64,000 bases of DNA, taken from Saprolegnia diclina VS20 (taxonomy: Eukaryota). Position 1 is the stretch's first letter, and the number at the start of each line of letters is the position of its first letter. Position numbers and translations under genes: made by a program. The notes beneath the pieces were generated by a model that was not told the origin of the DNA, did no database searches, and saw nothing but the letters and a program-made list of their open reading frames with translations. This document shows, one piece after another, positions 1-10,401 of this stretch. The stretch is from assembly GCF_000281045.1 (NCBI RefSeq), contig NW_008246139.1, positions 89,362 to 153,361 on the forward strand. Direction: 5' to 3'.

Positions 1-1
1 G

Positions 2-46
2 GTCAGCAACGCCGAGACCATCTTGGCGCAGGTCCGCGGCGAGTAA
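2..46 (+). CDS. 3' end of a Prx5-type peroxiredoxin (copy 1, cut by the window edge)
   Basis: Reads VSNAETILAQVRGE*, matching the C-termini of the downstream copies (VSGADTILAQLRA*, VSDAATLLAQAKKL*). Confidence 0.8.
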   Translation, partial: VSNAETILAQVRGE

Positions 47-481
47 GCCATTTGTATCAATCGACATTCATGTGTCTTTGCACGACGCTCGATTCCGTTG
101 CCCTTGACTCCAGTGAAGAGACCTGGAATGCATACTAGGCACACCGAGGTGCCTGCTTGGGCTGTACCAACTCTTGAGCACCATAGAGCCGACATGAGAC
201 ATTGATAGTAATATCGAACTTAGTCAAGGAAACGATCAGAGAAGCGACCGGGGGTGTTGGCCCAGCGCGATTGCACGGATTTATTGACAAGGCCGCTTCT
301 CGACGGTCTACAGTGTCGGGGTGAGAGTCGTGGGCAGTGGAAGCCTTCTGCGCTTCGATCGATGCACAGTCAACGTTCACTGACGCTCCATCGGAAAATC
401 CAACAATCCTTGGGCGATTCAAGCGTTGGCGCCGTTTTCGAACAACGCGCGGTCGGTTAGATCGGTGCACAACTGTGTTGA

Positions 482-527
482 CCAATCACATGACTTGGCG
501 CCACAACCGCGTCGTATGATTGGCTGC
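482..527. promoter_or_regulatory. Inverted pair of CCAAT boxes upstream of peroxiredoxin copy 2
   Basis: CCAATCAC at 482 and TGATTGGCTGC at 517; the same layout recurs at 62785-62831. Confidence 0.5.
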
Positions 528-608
528 ACAAATGATACATTCTTTCCAGCAGGAACGCTGTGGGGGGTCCTGCCATGCAACAGAATACATTCATCCATCA
601 ACAGAACC

Positions 609-1112
609 ATGATTGCTGTCGGTGACAAGCTGCCAGACGTCACACTCCATGAGTACGTGCCGGTCGACGGCACGTGTGCTTTTGGGCCGGACGCATTCAA
701 CGCGCTGGAGGCCGCGACCGGCAAGACCATCGTCGTGTTTGGCTTGCCCGGCGCCTTCACGCCCACATGTACGTCCGAGCACGTCCCTAGCTACTTGGCG
801 CATGCAAACGAGCTCAAGGCGGCGGGTGTCGATGAGATCTGGTGCACGAGCACGAACGATGCATTCGTGCTTGGCGCGTGGGGCAAGGAGCTCGGGACGA
901 CCGGCAAGATCCGCATGGTCGCGGACGGCGATGCCTCGTTCATGAAGGCCACGGGTCTCGAGCTCGATTTTACGGGCAAAGGCTTTGGTGTGCGCAGCGC
1001 CCGCTACTCGATGCTCGTCAAGAACGGCGTCGTGACGACACTCAACCTCGAAGATGGCGCGACGTACAAGGTGAGCGGTGCAGACACAATCCTTGCACAG
1101 CTCCGGGCCTAG
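609..1112 (+). CDS. PRDX5: Peroxiredoxin, Prx5/type II family (copy 2), intronless, 167 aa
   Basis: MIAVGDKLP start; PGAFTPTC peroxidatic motif; NDAFVLGAW; GVRSARYSMLV. Confidence 0.95.
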   Translation: MIAVGDKLPDVTLHEYVPVDGTCAFGPDAFNALEAATGKTIVVFGLPGAFTPTCTSEHVPSYLAHANELKAAGVDEIWCTSTNDAFVLGAWGKELGTTGKIRMVADGDASFMKATGLELDFTGKGFGVRSARYSMLVKNGVVTTLNLEDGATYKVSGADTILAQLRA

Positions 1113-1761
1113 TCTCTACTGCAAATAGCGCACTCCTAATACTGGCAGGTGCGAGCCTCGGTGCGTTCGTGAATACTGTAGTCTCTAGGGTGCATCTAGC
1201 CTTGGGCCGGCCGCGGTATTGGAGTGCGTTGTCGACGTGATCATTGCCGTTCGTACGTTGAATGCTGCTAAACGACACGCTATACCCGCAGTGGAGGGCC
1301 TGACGCACCCAAGAGGGCGGCGCCCGACAACGTAGTTACCGGATGCTGCACGCCTTTGCGCCTCAAGCGTTGGGCTATGTCTTTACTGGCGGACTTGCTT
1401 CTCTGCGTCATCTCGGATGCACTCTACCTCTCAGCTCTCGGTCTGCAGCTGTGCCTCGCTGGTTCGCGCCCATTGATAGAAGCCTTCAACGCTTCCCGTG
1501 TAGTGCCCTTGCCGGTCGTGCAGTGATTTCGTGCCGGCGACACGAGCCCTCGATCGCTCTGCCGCCGTAAAATAAGAGGACACCCAAGTGTTTCCGGCTC
1601 CATGAAGGTACGAAAAATGGGATCTTCGAATTTATGGACACTGAGTACAACGAAAGAGAACAAGCAGTTAAAGGGGTCTTTGGCCACTTGACACACGTGG
1701 AGCCTGGTATTCAAGAGCAGTGACGCAGTCCGAGGTGCCAACACTTGGCTGGTGCAACAAG

Positions 1762-1861
1762 NNNNNNNNNNNNNNNNNNNNNNNNNNNNNNNNNNNNNNN
1801 NNNNNNNNNNNNNNNNNNNNNNNNNNNNNNNNNNNNNNNNNNNNNNNNNNNNNNNNNNNNN
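1762..1861. other. Assembly gap
   Basis: Run of 100 N. Confidence 1.
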
Positions 1862-2597
1862 ACGACGCCGACGTCGCCACCAACAAGGCGTCCGTACCGT
1901 TCGGCAGCGGCTCAACACCGAGTGGTTTGCTGCCTTTGACTTGCTGCTCGACCACTTTCCCAACACATTCGGCCATTCCAAAACCTCTTTAACGTAGTGG
2001 CGGGGCCCAAGACCCGCAACTATTCGGTGCCATCGGGCTTCTTGGAACAACGAAAAAACGGCCGAACACAAGGAGGCTGTGAGCTAGAGATGACTCACGG
2101 CGCAGTCAAGGCAGCAGCCGTCGAGGTAACACCGGCAGCGATCCCACCGGAAGGTAACCCCCAAGATGGCAAGTTCCAACCGCGCCTTCGCAATCTTGCA
2201 AAAGTTCAAGTGCATCAACGCGGTCAAGGACAACCGGTGCACTGACGGACGCTGTACGCGACCCGAGCAAAACGACTCGTTTGTTGTGTTGTCGACCCGG
2301 CACAGCGACCCCGCACATATCCGGATAAATCCCATCGGAAAGGCGGCCTCGGTGGCGTCGCAACACACGTCATCGACAATGTCTTCCTTTCCTTTCTCGT
2401 TCTTACCGCGCCTCCTGCCCACTTTCAGTGCCCGTCTAGTTGTGGGCTAGCACAGTTCTTGGTGGGATCTAGACCCTTGGGTACGGATACTACCGGTATG
2501 GCAAGGGCACATTGCACTTGCTCCTCACCAGATGGACCGGGGGAATGTACGTCTTTCAGTGTCTGCCGGACGGCGCTCGAATGGCGCCACAATCCAA

Positions 2598-4628
2598 ATG
2601 GCGTCCTTCACGGAAGCCGTGCTCCATCAGCCCGAGATCGCGGCGATCGTGTTTGAGTTTCAGTTTGGTGTCTACGAAGACGTGCTTGCCCGCTTCCGCG
2701 CCTTCAACGATTTCGTCAACTGCGAGCTCGTGGTCGAACACCACACGGGCGAGTGCGTGCTCGACCCGGCCTTCCACACGACGCTGCGAGGGCGTGGTGA
2801 CTTGCATGAAGAGCTTCGTGTGGAAAACCTCTGCCTCAATGCGCTCAATGAGCGCGACGCGCGCTTCCCGCTGCACTTTGCCATCGCCGAAGGCGACCTC
2901 TCTGCGACCAAGCGCATCATCCGCTGCCGCGCTGACCTTGTCTTTGTGGATGCCATTGCCGCCGCCGCCATGTGGGACCGGCTCGAGATCGCGGCCTACC
3001 TCTCGGAGCTCCGGAAGTCCAATAGCCTCCTCGACCGTACGTACGACGACTCGTGTGGGATCGATACGTGGGTTCCAAAGCACCTCGTCGAGACGGGGAA
3101 CTTGGACATGTTGCGCATCCTACGGGACCACCGCCGGGCCGAGTGGTCGCACGAGTTGCTTGACTACGCGATCGCCAATACGGATGCGGAGACGACGGCT
3201 TTTCTCTACCAGTGCATGCCGGACGCAATCGGTGACGACTTTATGGACGACGCTGCACGCATGGGACTCCTCGATATCGTCATCGACCTGCACCACCAGG
3301 GTAGAGGGTGCCCAGAAGAAGCCATATTCTACGCAGCAGGTGAAGGTCATTTGGACATCGTCAAGTTTCTTCACGCGCATGTTACCGAAGACGACATGAC
3401 GGATGCAATGGATGCGGCCGTTGAATACGGTCACATGGATATCGTCCGCTTCCTCATCGAGCACGAGTGCGACGACCCGAATCGTCTCAGTCTCGACTTG
3501 GTCGCCTACTATGGTCACCTCGAGCTGTTCAAGTACCTCGAAGGGCTAGGGGGCCGTCACGTGACGACCGCCGCTGTTGACAGCGCCGTTGCCATGGGCC
3601 ACCTCCATGTCGTCGAGTATCTCTTGACGCATCGAAGCGAAGGCGGCAGCCGCGACACCGTCGTCCTTACTGCAATGGAGCGCGGTCGCAACGACATGAC
3701 CGTGTACCTTGTCTCGGCGGGGTACCCATTTCCGACGACCGCGGAGCTGCCGTTGGAAATTTGCCTCACAAGACCCGAGGCACGTGCCGTCGTGCAGCTG
3801 CTCCTCGACCACAAGATCCCGTTCACGCCCGCGATGCTAACAACGGTACGTGCCCACGCCACCGGCGACGTCCTTCAACTCGTCGAAGCCCATTTCCCAG
3901 CGTCGGCGCTGACCCGCGAGGCGCTCGTCGACCCGCCTAATGCTCCAACTCCCAAGGTCGTCTGCCGCCGGCCCAAAGTCGTAGTCGCAGACTGGCACTC
4001 ACTTCAGCGAGCCGCGTGCGCAGGGCGTGAACTGACGGCGCCACAACTCGCCCTCCTTGAAGCGAGCGTGACGGACGTGCGCTATATGCTGACTTCGTGG
4101 TGTAAAATGCAGCATTTTCCAGTGGTCAAGCTCGTGCTGCCGTATTGCATGGACGACGCCAATCCCATTGACAACGTCAAATTTCTCGTCGACTGGTGCC
4201 TCGAGTGCTCGCAAGACGCCAACAGAGCCACGCTGCTGTTGTTCAAGGCCGAGATGGTGCGCCAAGCGACGACCGGCAACATCCTCCTCAGCAACACGGA
4301 CGCTGGCGTCAACGTCGAGACGCTGGCAGCGACGCTGCTTGCGCTCGGGGCGACCATTTATCCAACGCCTGGCGGGCAAACGTTCGAGCAAACGCTCGAC
4401 AAGCCGGCGCTCGTCGACTGGGGTCTCACGGCGCTGTTTGTGCATTTCTGGACGGTTGATCCCGTCTACCACGTCGAGGCGCTCGTGCGGTGGGCCGACC
4501 AGATCGCCAACTACGAGATGAAGACGCGCCTCCAGCGCCTTCTCAAGACCAAAATGAAGCGTCTCGGGCACGCACTCACCCTTGTGCGGGCTGTTGAAGA
4601 TTTGAGGAGCACCAAGAGCGACTACTAG
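2598..4628 (+). CDS. Ankyrin-repeat protein (lineage-expanded family)
   Basis: Repeated MDxAAxxGHL(D/E)IVxFL units; N-terminus (VLHQPEIAAIVFEFQFGVYEDV) and C-terminal blocks (KLVLPYCMD, VDW) are shared with the paralogue at 30841. Confidence 0.9.
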   Translation: MASFTEAVLHQPEIAAIVFEFQFGVYEDVLARFRAFNDFVNCELVVEHHTGECVLDPAFHTTLRGRGDLHEELRVENLCLNALNERDARFPLHFAIAEGDLSATKRIIRCRADLVFVDAIAAAAMWDRLEIAAYLSELRKSNSLLDRTYDDSCGIDTWVPKHLVETGNLDMLRILRDHRRAEWSHELLDYAIANTDAETTAFLYQCMPDAIGDDFMDDAARMGLLDIVIDLHHQGRGCPEEAIFYAAGEGHLDIVKFLHAHVTEDDMTDAMDAAVEYGHMDIVRFLIEHECDDPNRLSLDLVAYYGHLELFKYLEGLGGRHVTTAAVDSAVAMGHLHVVEYLLTHRSEGGSRDTVVLTAMERGRNDMTVYLVSAGYPFPTTAELPLEICLTRPEARAVVQLLLDHKIPFTPAMLTTVRAHATGDVLQLVEAHFPASALTREALVDPPNAPTPKVVCRRPKVVVADWHSLQRAACAGRELTAPQLALLEASVTDVRYMLTSWCKMQHFPVVKLVLPYCMDDANPIDNVKFLVDWCLECSQDANRATLLLFKAEMVRQATTGNILLSNTDAGVNVETLAATLLALGATIYPTPGGQTFEQTLDKPALVDWGLTALFVHFWTVDPVYHVEALVRWADQIANYEMKTRLQRLLKTKMKRLGHALTLVRAVEDLRSTKSDY

Positions 4629-5105
4629 TCGACGAAGAAGACGTTTCAAAATGGAGATATCATTGTCTGTCGCCTGGGAGTTATCGAGTCTGCGCTTTGC
4701 TGACAACTGTCGCATCTTGGCAATCAGCGCGTCTTTCTACGAGCATAAATGAACACACGAGTCTTTGTTGATTCTTTGGCCGACACGCCGCAAAAGCGAG
4801 CTCCTTGCGCGACGATACAGTAAGGCTGCAAGTACGACCTGGTACAGTTGGACCGCTGCGGCGATACCCCAGACATCGTGGCATCCCATGTGCAATGCTC
4901 AAGGCGTGTGCATGATGCAGATGAAGCCCAGCGCAGCGTCTCGAAGCCTCGCTAACCTTTCAACGAGGATATTGCACATGCGCAGGGTGCTCGGTTGAAG
5001 GCAGCGTTGAAGATGTGACCCGGTTACGGCAAGGGTCCATGGTTACGGTTAGAAAAACCGTCCTTTTATGCAACGGTTGGATCCCAGACCGCGCGATGCC
5101 ATTGG

Positions 5106-5209
5106 NNNNNNNNNNNNNNNNNNNNNNNNNNNNNNNNNNNNNNNNNNNNNNNNNNNNNNNNNNNNNNNNNNNNNNNNNNNNNNNNNNNNNNNNNNNNNNN
5201 NNNNNNNNN
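5106..5209. other. Assembly gap
   Basis: Run of N. Confidence 1.
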
Positions 5210-5250
5210 CCTTGGCCCGCGCCGCTAGCACGTCCACCAAGGTACTATCA

Positions 5251-5800
5251 ATGGTGTGCATTGCATGGCCTCATGCACGTATCCTGATCCTAGCTCAAGG
5301 TTGGCGCGAAGCTGCCGGCGACGACGCTCACGGAGCACCGGTTGTTTGAAGGCGAGGGCTGCGCCATTGGCGCGAACCCCATCGACCTCCACGCGGCCTC
5401 GAAGAACAAGACGGTGGCCATCTTTGGTCTGCCCGGCGCCTTCACGCCGACGTGCTCCGAGTCGCACTTTGCGGCGTTCCTTGACCACCACAAGGACTTT
5501 GTCGCCGCGGGTGTCGACGAGATTTGGTGCATTGCGGTCAACGACCCGTTCGTCATGGGCGCGTGGGGCCGCTCGCTCAACGCGACGGGCAAGATCCGCA
5601 TGATCAGCGACGGCGACGCGGCCTGGACCAAGGCCAACGACCTCGTCTTCGACTTGACGGGCAAGAGCATGGGCGTCCGCAGCACGCGCTACTCGCTCCT
5701 CGTCAAAGACGGCGTCCTCGCCGCCGTCAACATTGATGCGCCCGGCAAGTTTGAAGTCAGCGACGCCGCGACGCTCCTCGCGCAGGCCAAGAAGCTCTAA
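5251..5800 (+). CDS. PRDX5: Peroxiredoxin, Prx5/type II family (copy 3), with a 40-nt intron 5254-5293 directly after the ATG
   Basis: ATG|GTGTGC...CTAG|CTCAAG splices to MLKVGAKLPATTLTEHRLFEGEGCAIG; PGAFTPTC; APGKFEVSDA. Confidence 0.92.
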
Positions 5801-6101
5801 GCCGCTCTGTTCGTCGTAATTCACAACCAGTCCTTTCATGCTTGACACAGAGGTTGACGCTCCACGAGATCGCTTTGCGGCAAACCGTCTTCGTCATAGC
5901 ACGAACGCGGTCAAAGCTCGTGGGTGCACGCTTGGTGCCATGTCTCGCGCCATCCCAGCTCCTACCGCGACGCATAGCAAAGCGAGGGCAGCCTCAACAA
6001 CACGAGCGACACAACCATCACCGACGCCTCCTTGGACACCGCATCAGGATCGATACGAACATGCACTGTACATATACAGCAGACGTTGATATTCTATTTG
6101 G

Positions 6102-7445
6102 CTACCGGCCAAGTTGAGTACGCGCACGCTGGCCAAACTGAAAACCCGCTTTGGGAAGCCGCGCCGCGGGCAGCGGCGTCAAGACGTCTTCGTACGACTG
6201 CGCATTGACATAGTGCGACTGCCGGCTCTGGCCAAACGAGCCCGTCACATCGAGACCGTCGTCTTCGTCGTCCTATGTCATCCAGCATTAACAACGACAA
6301 CGTCGATCGCACGCACGTACGCTGAAGCTAAACTGCACGCGGGGCGCGTCGGTGCGGCCAGGCGTCTGGCGACCTGGGTTGGGCGTCTGTGGATAAAAGT
6401 AGACGCTCTCGTCTTCTGCATTCTCGTTCTCGTTCTCGTCATCGTCGTCATCGTCCTCGGGATACGGCGACGATGCGACGTCACCCTTGGTCGGGGACCA
6501 GTAGACGGCCGTCGAAAGCTGCTTCTTCTTGAGCAGCAGCCAGTGCCACGCGCGACGCACGCCGCCAAAGACGCGGCAGATGCGGCACCAGAGAGCGTAG
6601 ATGCCGAGGCGAATGCGGTGCAAGAAGCGCTGTGTCGCAAGGCGATAGCGCACAAACGTAGCGCGCCGCTGCATGCACGAGACGACGACGAGGACGATGC
6701 AAGTCGTGCAGAGCGTCGAGAAGACCCAAAAGCGGGGCGTCGAAAACATGTCGATCGCGCGTGGACGGGCGGCCGTGGTTGCGTTCGATGGGCGTGCGAC
6801 AGGCACAGGTGCGAGCGGTGTCGGAACATGGGTTGGCTCCGTGACGCGCTCGTCAACTAGCTCGCCGTCGCGCGTAGGCTCGTCGTCGACAGGTGCGACG
6901 GGGTCGTGTGCGAGGTCGTCGGAGAGGTGCAGCATCATGTCGAGGGCCTCCTTGCGCGTATTTTCGACCATGGCTTCCATCATCGATTGCATGTGCTGCA
7001 TGGTTTCTACGTGGATCGCGTCGACTTCGGCGCGGACCTTCTCTTGCTGCGTCACGAGACGCCCAGTCTCGAGCGCATGCATCTGCGCATCGAGCTGCGT
7101 CTGCGCAATCGACGCCAGTCGCTGCGCGTGGGCCTCCATCGTGGCCGCCGCCGCAGCAATCTGGTCCATCTCAGCGATCGACTGCTGGATCTCGATGAGA
7201 AGACGGTCTTCGCGCGCGCTTTGGAGCTCGAGGTTGCGGTACATGAGCGCGGCCGTGCCCACGAGGAAGAGGAGCGCGCACGTGACGACGCGGTAGAGCC
7301 GCGGCAGCGTCGTCTTCGCCGGCAGCGCTGCCCGCGCCGGCGTAGCATCAGCGCCAAGATGGCTCTCTTCCACCAAGATGTCTCCATGAGCCCATCCTCT
7401 TCGCTGCGGCGGCCGCGCGGAGCGTGCTCGGACGCCGGTGCTCAT
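6102..7445 (-). CDS. Hypothetical membrane protein, TM-coiled coil-TM; intron 6273-6320
   Basis: 385-aa ORF with two hydrophobic segments flanking a heptad-rich region; a GTACGT...CATAG intron joins a last exon ending RARTQLGR*. Confidence 0.7.
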
Positions 7446-7750
7446 GGCTTGGAATGGGCGAAATGAAATCCTCGTACACGGTATCCGGACCGACCAGCGT
7501 ATCCGGGAGGCGTTTAAACCAAGTCATTATTGTGCATTCGATGTGTATTGACTCCTTTAACGTACTAAAACGTGTTTAACGCATGCCACAAAATACAAGA
7601 CACACAATATATACCTGCTTCTCTTCCATTTCCGTGGATGTTTCTTGATTCCATACAAATACCAAGCTATGAGATCGTATTTTAATGCACATTCGCGAGG
7701 TTTGAAATATTGGGTCCGCTCCCGCCAAGTAATATCACTTGCCCTCTCGG

Positions 7751-10349
7751 ATGGAGGAAGAGCTGGACGCATGGCGGCGAGGGAAGCAGGTAGACATGCC
7801 ACATGTGAAGAGGATCGCGCTCATGCTGGACATGCAAGGGACCGCTCCTGCCTCTGCGGCCGACCGAGGGCATGGGACCCGACGCGAGAAGGATGGGACC
7901 CGACGTACCCCGCCTGCAACGAGTGCATCGCCAACGGCCAGAGACGAGCAAGACGTTCACTGACCTCAGCGCCGTCCGGCTGCAAGCGACGCGAGAGATG
8001 CAAGTCCACGTGCAGAAGCAGCTCTCGGCGATCAAGCAGGCCAAGCAGTCCCCGCGTCTCTGCGCCAACTACATGAGCTTCCCCGACGTGCAGCCCATGG
8101 AGCCCAAGACCGTGGACAAGGAAGACAGCGATGCGCCAGACGTCGTACGACAAGTCGAAGATGCGACAGAGGACGTAGCTCACTACGACGTACCGGACCA
8201 TCACCGGGCCGACGACCTCGAGGACCGTGCCGAAGAAGACTGTGCCGGTGCTGTAGCTGAAGCCCAAGACGACAGCGAACCTACAGAGCTCGATGACTGC
8301 GTGGACATGGCTCAGGACTGGCGACCTGACGACGATCCAGATGGCGAGTCGTTTGACGACCACGGGGCCTCGGACGGCGACGATCTTGGCCGCTGCGAGG
8401 TCGTTGGCCGCTGCCAAGAAGACGAATTTGACGCGGGTGTGACGAGCGACGAACGACGGGAAGACGCTCCAACTACGCGCCCAAGTGAGACCTTCCCCAG
8501 CGCGGCCTACGCCCAGCAACTCCATGATCGATTCTGGGCCGACGACGAAACCATTGCGATCTTTCAGCTGGATCAAGAGAGTTTTGGCGGCGGTGCGTTG
8601 AACGAGTCATGTGATCAAGACGTACATGAGCTGTCGCATGACGATCTCGACGAAGAAGCCTGGGAGGTCCCAGCCACGCTCGTGCCCCACGCGTACCCCG
8701 TGGCGTGGACACCCAGTTTTGACAACCTCAGCCCCGCATCTCCGCAGAGCATCGTTCATTCCAGCCCGTCGCTCTCGTCGGAGGACGCAGACACCTCCTC
8801 GGACGAGCTCGCGCATACCGCCAAGTACCATCTCGAACTCGACGAGTGGCCTGCACCCGCTATCAACGCAGTCATCGGCGATGGGCTGGGCACCGACGAC
8901 CCAAGCCAGCTCACGGAGCGCGGTGACGAGGTGTCCGACTCGACCACGCATGCGCTTGGCACGGAGGGCAGTGCTTTTGCTGCCGAGGCCATGGCCGACG
9001 AGTCGATGGATGACGCCACCGACGAGACGCAAAACGCGCCTGCCGCGACGAGCATGTCTCTGGACGTGTCGTCGAGTGAATACGATCACGTATTTTCGGG
9101 CTCGGACGTCGACGATGCGACGTCGCCCGGCTACTACGGCGACATTTCGGTGCTGAGTGGCACGACGCCGGCGTCGATTGTAGAGCTGCACCTCGACTCG
9201 GGTGCCGATGAAGCCAGCGCGTCGTCAGCACTTGAGGAGGTTGTTTCTGTCGGCTCTGGAGACGACCCAGCGGGAACGATCCCGCGAACGCACGCAGCTT
9301 TACACGCACCACACGACGACGACGCCGAGGATTTGACGCTCGATGGCTCGGACAACCTTTTGCTCCACGATTCTGTCGATCTTCTCTTGGATGCCACCTT
9401 CACGGGCGGTCTGCACGGGCTATCGTCGCCGCTGTCGGTCGAGATCCCGTCGGTCTCAGCGACGTGTGCCGCTGCAGTTTCGCCCACGACAGCATTGCCA
9501 ACAGTGCTGCCCCGCCCGCTCGACGCGTATCTGTGGCTGGATGTGCTGCGCCGTTTTGTGCCATGCATGGTGTTTGTCGCGCTGGGCTTTGCCGGCTTGC
9601 GCTGCCGGGACCATATCACTGCGATGCAGCTCGCTGCTGTCGCTCCACGCTTGCAGCGGCTCACGGAAGGCCTGGCAAGTCGCCAGACGTACCTTGAAGC
9701 GACAGCCCACGCTGCCAAGACGCTGCGTACGAGCGTAGCTCTGCATCTCCGTGGAGACGCTCAACTGGATGCGTATCGTCGCCAGAGCGACGCGATTGCG
9801 GCCGCTCGGTGGCACCTTGTCGACGACTACACGGCTGCCATCAACGATGCTCGTGCCCAAGCCGACGCATCCTTTCATGTGGTCCAAGACTTTTCCGAGG
9901 CAACAATCGAGCAGCTCGCCAAGCACTTCAACCTGCCGTGGACGTCGATGGCATCCAACCTCGAGGCATGGACACGCTTGTGGCAGCGCGATGTCGCTAC
10001 CTTGCACCGTCGTCGCGCTGACGTGGCCGCGTGGCAGCAGCGTTTGGCGACGACGCCAACGTTCGAGTTTGAGTTTCGAGACATGCTCCAGCTCGCGCGG
10101 CAGTGCCGCAAGGACCAAGCGCCCACCTCGCTGCCGCCGCTACCGTCGCACACGGCCGAATTCGATACGGACTGGCACGTCTGGATGGGCTTGATCGTGG
10201 TATTTTCCGTCGTGCCTGTGATTGCTTGCACGGGCCATTTGCTGCGACCTCGCCCAGCGATCTGCCTTAAGAACGAAAACCCGATGCGACATGCGCCGTT
10301 GCAACGGGCTGACGCGACCTCGCCGCACTTCAGTACGTCCACTGCGTAA
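7751..10349 (+). CDS. Hypothetical protein: acidic low-complexity N-half, then TM-coiled coil-TM; the short first exon is tentative
   Basis: 825-aa ORF 7872-10349; upstream MEEELDAWRRGKQ|GTAGAC can splice in frame via a weak AAG acceptor. Confidence 0.7.
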
Positions 10350-10401
10350 GCTGCAGATGGGATCGCCCATCATTGTCCTCGAATAACGTGGTTAATCTTA
10401 T

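Noticed and set aside
426..608. N-terminal ORF extensions from TTG/GTG or upstream starts (also 36838, 54574, 56082, 22688)
   Set aside because: Homology begins at downstream ATGs; several of the extensions run through promoter motifs
1120..2450. Possible transposon relic around the first gap
   Set aside because: No recognisable transposase, RT or terminal repeat motif; the ORFs run through Ns
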